Positions 60,057 through 64,000 of a stretch of 64,000 bases of DNA are shown here, in pieces. A program made the translations under genes and the position numbers. Source of the stretch: an uncultured Acidobacteriota bacterium (GTDB lineage Bacteria > Acidobacteriota > Thermoanaerobaculia > UBA5066). Every line of letters starts with the position of its first letter. Position 1 is the first letter of the stretch. The DNA is taken from assembly GCA_963779415.1 (NCBI GenBank), contig CAVZYA010000001.1, positions 1,440,001 through 1,504,000 on the forward strand, written 5' to 3'. The notes under the pieces were generated by a model that saw only the letters and a list, made by a program, of their open reading frames with translations, was not told the origin of the DNA and made no database searches.

Positions 60057-61403
60057 CTACTCCCCGGCCGCGAACGGGGACAACTCTTCACGGATCAATG
60101 CCGCGTCGCCCACGGCCACGACCTGCGCCCGCGGAGCGGCGAGATACCTCTTCGAGACGCGCTTCACGTCGGACTTCGCGACCTTCGCGAGATCTTCGGT
60201 CGTCCGGCCGATCTCCGACGGCGGAAGGCCGAGGACCCAGAGTCGCGAGAGCTCGTCCGCGAGCCCCGGGCTCGTCTGGAGCGAGATGGCCTTGAGGCCG
60301 GCGAAGACGCGGCGGGAGCGCTCCATCTCCTCGTCGGTCGGCTCCGTCGTCCCCATCCGGGTCATCTCGCAGAGGATCTCGCCGAGCGCGGCACCCGTGA
60401 CGTCGCTCCGAACGGCGGCGCGGCTCCGGACCGTCCCGCGCCCGGCGAGCCACCGGACTCCCGCCCCCGGCGAATAGGTGTAGCCCTTCTCCTCACGCAG
60501 GTTCTGGACGAGTCGCGAGCTGAAGGCACCACCGTAGATCGTCATGGCCAGCTCGAGGGCGGCGGCGTCCTCACTCGTCCGGCGAGGCCCGAGGAGACCC
60601 ACGACGAGGACCGACTGGACGGAGCCCGGGCGGTCGAGGATCTGGATCTTCCGGGGCGGCGCGGGGAGCTTCGCTTCCGGCGTCGGTGACGGGGCGAGGC
60701 CGCTCCCCTCCCAGGTTCCGAAGAGGCGGATCGCCTCCGCCGTGACGTCGGCCGGGTCGACGGCCCCGACGACGAGGAGGAGGCTCCGCTCGGGCCGCAG
60801 CCGGCGGCGGCTCTCGATCCGGAGGCGTTCGGAGGTGACGGCGTCGATCGAGGCGGCCGTCGGCGCGATCACGCCGTACGGATGGCTTCCGTAGAGCGCC
60901 TTCGCGAAGGCGCGCGCGGCGACGAACGCCGGATCCGACTCGTCGGTCTCGAGACGCTCGTGGGCGAGCGCCTTCACGCGGGCGACTCCCTCGGCCGGGA
61001 AAGAGGCGTTTCGCGCGACGTCGGCGACGAGGTCGAGAAGAGAGGGCATCTCTCCGGCGAGGCCGGAGACGCCGATCGTGAGGGAGTCCGGAAGGGCGCC
61101 GGTCGCGAGGTCCCCTCCCGCTCCCTGAGCGGCCGTCGCGAGCTCCGGCCCGCTCCGTCCCTCCGTCCCCTCCTTGACTGCGTCGACGAGAAGCTGGGCG
61201 AAGCCCGGCTCGGCGGGGGCATCGTCGGAGAGGCCCCCCCGGACGACGAGGCGGACGGTCACGAGCGGAACGCCGTCCCTCCGGACGACCTCGACGGCGA
61301 GACCGTTCGGAAGGGCCGCCCTGACGACGTCGGGAGAAGGGAGCGGCCTCGCCGGAAGGAGAGGAGGGAGGTCGCCCGGAAGCGTCATCGAATCGGCCTT
61401 CAC
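60057..61403 (-). CDS. M16 peptidase, non-catalytic subunit
   Basis: 'LPNGLAV', 'SSRLVQNLREEKGYTY'; no HxxEH motif; GTGA overlap. Confidence 0.88.
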   Translation of the reverse strand: MKADSMTLPGDLPPLLPARPLPSPDVVRAALPNGLAVEVVRRDGVPLVTVRLVVRGGLSDDAPAEPGFAQLLVDAVKEGTEGRSGPELATAAQGAGGDLATGALPDSLTIGVSGLAGEMPSLLDLVADVARNASFPAEGVARVKALAHERLETDESDPAFVAARAFAKALYGSHPYGVIAPTAASIDAVTSERLRIESRRRLRPERSLLLVVGAVDPADVTAEAIRLFGTWEGSGLAPSPTPEAKLPAPPRKIQILDRPGSVQSVLVVGLLGPRRTSEDAAALELAMTIYGGAFSSRLVQNLREEKGYTYSPGAGVRWLAGRGTVRSRAAVRSDVTGAALGEILCEMTRMGTTEPTDEEMERSRRVFAGLKAISLQTSPGLADELSRLWVLGLPPSEIGRTTEDLAKVAKSDVKRVSKRYLAAPRAQVVAVGDAALIREELSPFAAGE

Positions 61404-62692
61404 GATGCCGGGGCCCCCGTTCTCGCCGGCGTCACGACGACCGTCGCGCGGGCCGAGGGACGGAGCCACGCCGCAGCGCGGCGAAGATCCGCGCCGGTCA
61501 CGGCCTCGACGCGTTTCGGGAACTCCAGGAGGCCGTCCGGAAGTCCGTCGAAGGCGGTCGCCTGGGCAAGTTCCACGGAGAGACCGAGACGGGACTCGAG
61601 GTTCGCGTACCAGTCGGCGAGGATCTTCGTCTTCACACGCGCGAGCTCCCCGGCGCCGACCCCTTCGGACGCGATCCGGCCGGCCTCCCCGTCGAAGCCG
61701 GCGAGCACCTTCTCGTGCGGGACGTTCCGCCGGTATCCGACGCGGGAGAGGAAGAGCGTCGTCCCGTCGTACCAGGCGCCCCCCTGGAACGGGTTGAAGC
61801 CGCCGGAGACGTCCGTCGCGATCTCGCTCCCTTCCACGAGGGCGGTGTAGAGGCGTGCCGCGCGGCCGTTGTGGAGAAGCTCGCCGAGGACGAGGAGCGG
61901 AATGGCGTCCGCGTCCGTCCGGGAGGGCATGCGCCAGCCCATCCCGAGCGCGGGCGTCTTCGCGAGAGCCGATTCCTTCACGACGACGGAGCTCTTCTCG
62001 CGCGGCGGCTCCGAGAGGTCGGGTGGCGTCGGGGTCCTGCCTCCCGGGATCGCGCCGAACCAGCGTTCGACCTTCGAGAAGACCTCCTCCGCCGGGACGT
62101 CCCCGACGACGGCGAGAACGGCGTTGTTCGGGCGGTAGTAGTCCGAGAAGAAGCTCTTCACGTCCGCCACCGACGCGGCGTCGAGGTCGTGGAAGTCGCC
62201 GTAGCCGTCGTGGGCGTTCTCCCACTTCCCGTAGAGCGCCTTCGGGAGATCCTGGTACTCGAAGAGTCCGTACGGATCGTTCTGGACGTTGACGCGGATC
62301 TCCTCCTTGACGACGTCCCGCTGGTTGTCGAGGGCGGCGGGCTCGAAGGCGAGTCCCTTCATCCGGTCCGCCTCCAGCCAGAGAAAGCGGTCGAGCGCCG
62401 GGGAGGGGAACGACTCGACGTAGATCGTCACGTCGGGGCGCGTCTGTCCGTTGTTCGTCCCGCCGGATCCCTCGCAGACCCGGTCGAAGATCCCTTTCGG
62501 CGCGTTTGGCGTCCCCTCGAACATCAGGTGCTCGAAGAGATGGGCGAAGCCGGTCCGGTTCTTCGGCTCGAGGCGCGAGCCGATCCGGTAGAGAACGGTG
62601 AGCCCCACGACCGGGCTGCCCGTCTTGGAAGAGACGACGACGACGAGGCCGTTCCGGAGACGACGGGAGATCGAAGAGAGGTTGAAGCTCAC
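61400..62692 (-). CDS. M16 zinc peptidase, catalytic subunit
   Basis: 'GFAHLFEHLMF', 'LEADRM', 'VVKEE', 'YRPNNA'. Confidence 0.93.
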   Translation of the reverse strand: MSFNLSSISRRLRNGLVVVVSSKTGSPVVGLTVLYRIGSRLEPKNRTGFAHLFEHLMFEGTPNAPKGIFDRVCEGSGGTNNGQTRPDVTIYVESFPSPALDRFLWLEADRMKGLAFEPAALDNQRDVVKEEIRVNVQNDPYGLFEYQDLPKALYGKWENAHDGYGDFHDLDAASVADVKSFFSDYYRPNNAVLAVVGDVPAEEVFSKVERWFGAIPGGRTPTPPDLSEPPREKSSVVVKESALAKTPALGMGWRMPSRTDADAIPLLVLGELLHNGRAARLYTALVEGSEIATDVSGGFNPFQGGAWYDGTTLFLSRVGYRRNVPHEKVLAGFDGEAGRIASEGVGAGELARVKTKILADWYANLESRLGLSVELAQATAFDGLPDGLLEFPKRVEAVTGADLRRAAAWLRPSARATVVVTPARTGAPAS

Positions 62693-62708
62693 TCCGGAAA
62701 AGAGGATC

Positions 62709-63896
62709 TCACGCCTTCACGAGCTCGCGGGCGATCACCATCCGCTGGATCTCGGAAGTCCCTTCGCCGATCGTGCAGAGCTTCACGTCGCGGTAGAACT
62801 TCTCGACCGGGAAGTCCTTCGTGAAGCCGTACCCGCCGTGGATCTGGACCGCGAGGTTCGCGACGCTCACGGCGACCTCTCCGGCGAAGAGCTTCGCCAT
62901 CGCCGACTCCTTCGTCGTCTTCGCTCCCCGGTCCTTCAGCCAGGCGGCCCGCCAGGTCAGGAGGCGCGCCGCCTCGATGCCGGTCGCCATGTCGGCGAGG
63001 TGATTCTGGATCGACTGGAACTCGGCGATCGGCTTGCCGAACTGCTCGCGCTGCTTCGCGTACTTCAGGGACGCGTCGAGGGCCCCCTGCGCCATCCCGA
63101 CCGCGAGCGCCGCGATCGAGATCCGGCCGCCGTCCAGCACCTTCATCGCCTGGACGAATCCCTCGCCGGGACGCCCGATCAGGTTCTCCTTCGGGATCCG
63201 GCACTCTTCCATCACGAGCGTCGCCGTGTCCGAGGCGCGAAGCCCCAGCTTGTTCTCTTTCTTGCCCGCCCGGATTCCGTCCTGGTGCAGGTCGACGACG
63301 AATGCCGAGATGCCGTGCGTCCCGGCCGTCCGGTCCGTCACGGCGAGGATCACCGCCACGTCCCCCACGGAGCCGTGCGTGATGAAGTTCTTCGACCCGG
63401 AGAGGACCCACGAGTTCCCGTCCGCAATCGCCGTCGTCCGCGTCCCCTTCGCGTCGCTTCCGGCGCCGGCCTCCGTAAGGCCCCAGGCCCCGAGCAGCTT
63501 CCCTTCGGCGAGAGGGACCACCCAACGCCGCCGCAGATCCTCCGAGCCGAAGAGGAAGATGTGGTTCGTGCAGAGGCTGTTGTGCGCGGCGATCGAAATC
63601 CCGACCGAGCCGTCGACGCGCGACAGCTCCTCGATCACGTTGACGTAGTCGATGTACGAGAGGCCCGCCCCACCGTACTCCTCCGGGAAGATCACCCCCA
63701 TCATCCCCAGCTCGCCGAGCCGCGCCATCACCTCTCGCGGGTACGTCTGAGACTCGTCCCACTCCATGACGTGCGGCGCGATCTCGCTCTCGGCGAACTC
63801 GCGCACCATCCGTTTCACGGCGAGCTGCTCCTCCGTGAGGGAGAAGCCGGTGGGAGCGGTGCTGTTCTGGACGACTTCTTCGAGGACGGGACTCAT
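62709..63896 (-). CDS. Acyl-CoA dehydrogenase
   Basis: '[10 protein letters not shown]', 'GSKNFIT', 'KLGLRASDT', 'QIHGGYG', '[10 protein letters not shown]'. Confidence 0.95.
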   Translation of the reverse strand: MSPVLEEVVQNSTAPTGFSLTEEQLAVKRMVREFAESEIAPHVMEWDESQTYPREVMARLGELGMMGVIFPEEYGGAGLSYIDYVNVIEELSRVDGSVGISIAAHNSLCTNHIFLFGSEDLRRRWVVPLAEGKLLGAWGLTEAGAGSDAKGTRTTAIADGNSWVLSGSKNFITHGSVGDVAVILAVTDRTAGTHGISAFVVDLHQDGIRAGKKENKLGLRASDTATLVMEECRIPKENLIGRPGEGFVQAMKVLDGGRISIAALAVGMAQGALDASLKYAKQREQFGKPIAEFQSIQNHLADMATGIEAARLLTWRAAWLKDRGAKTTKESAMAKLFAGEVAVSVANLAVQIHGGYGFTKDFPVEKFYRDVKLCTIGEGTSEIQRMVIARELVKA

Positions 63897-64000
63897 CGGG
63901 CGCTCCGGAGACGCCCCGATTTTTGACAGGGGCGTCAAATTTCCTCGCTATCTTACCGCGGGCGCTCCGGAGGCGGAAGGAAGCGATTCGAAGGAAACGA

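Overview
High-GC (by eye about 68-70%) bacterial chromosomal window with about 55 genes. I found no tRNA, rRNA, CRISPR array, integrase or transposase. The content (several Hanks kinase-TolB-like-TPR receptors, a BNR/VPS10 propeller protein, DUF2911, a secreted PIG-L protein, oligopeptidase B) suggests Acidobacteriota, possibly Thermoanaerobaculia; this is inference. Scattered 1-bp frameshifts split nine otherwise intact-looking genes, which suggests long-read consensus errors, and most long GC-rich ORFs in the supplied track are antisense shadows. Highlights: (1) a 996-aa single-chain NfnA-NfnB (SudB-SudA) bifurcating-type flavoprotein fused to an 8-Cys metal module and a rubrerythrin-like diiron domain, directly downstream of a second ferritin-like diiron gene; (2) an orphan AlgI/AlgJ/AlgX-type O-acylation cassette with three SGNH domains, one with Cys in place of the catalytic Ser; (3) a DEGS-like sphingolipid delta4-desaturase; (4) three adjacent Ser/Thr kinase-TPR genes, one a GC mosaic with an apparent ATA start; (5) a switch-like 5' leader on a SAM methyltransferase; (6) two Cys-rich microproteins missing from the ORF track; (7) vapBC coupled to tnaA; (8) recurrent leaderless-type promoters.
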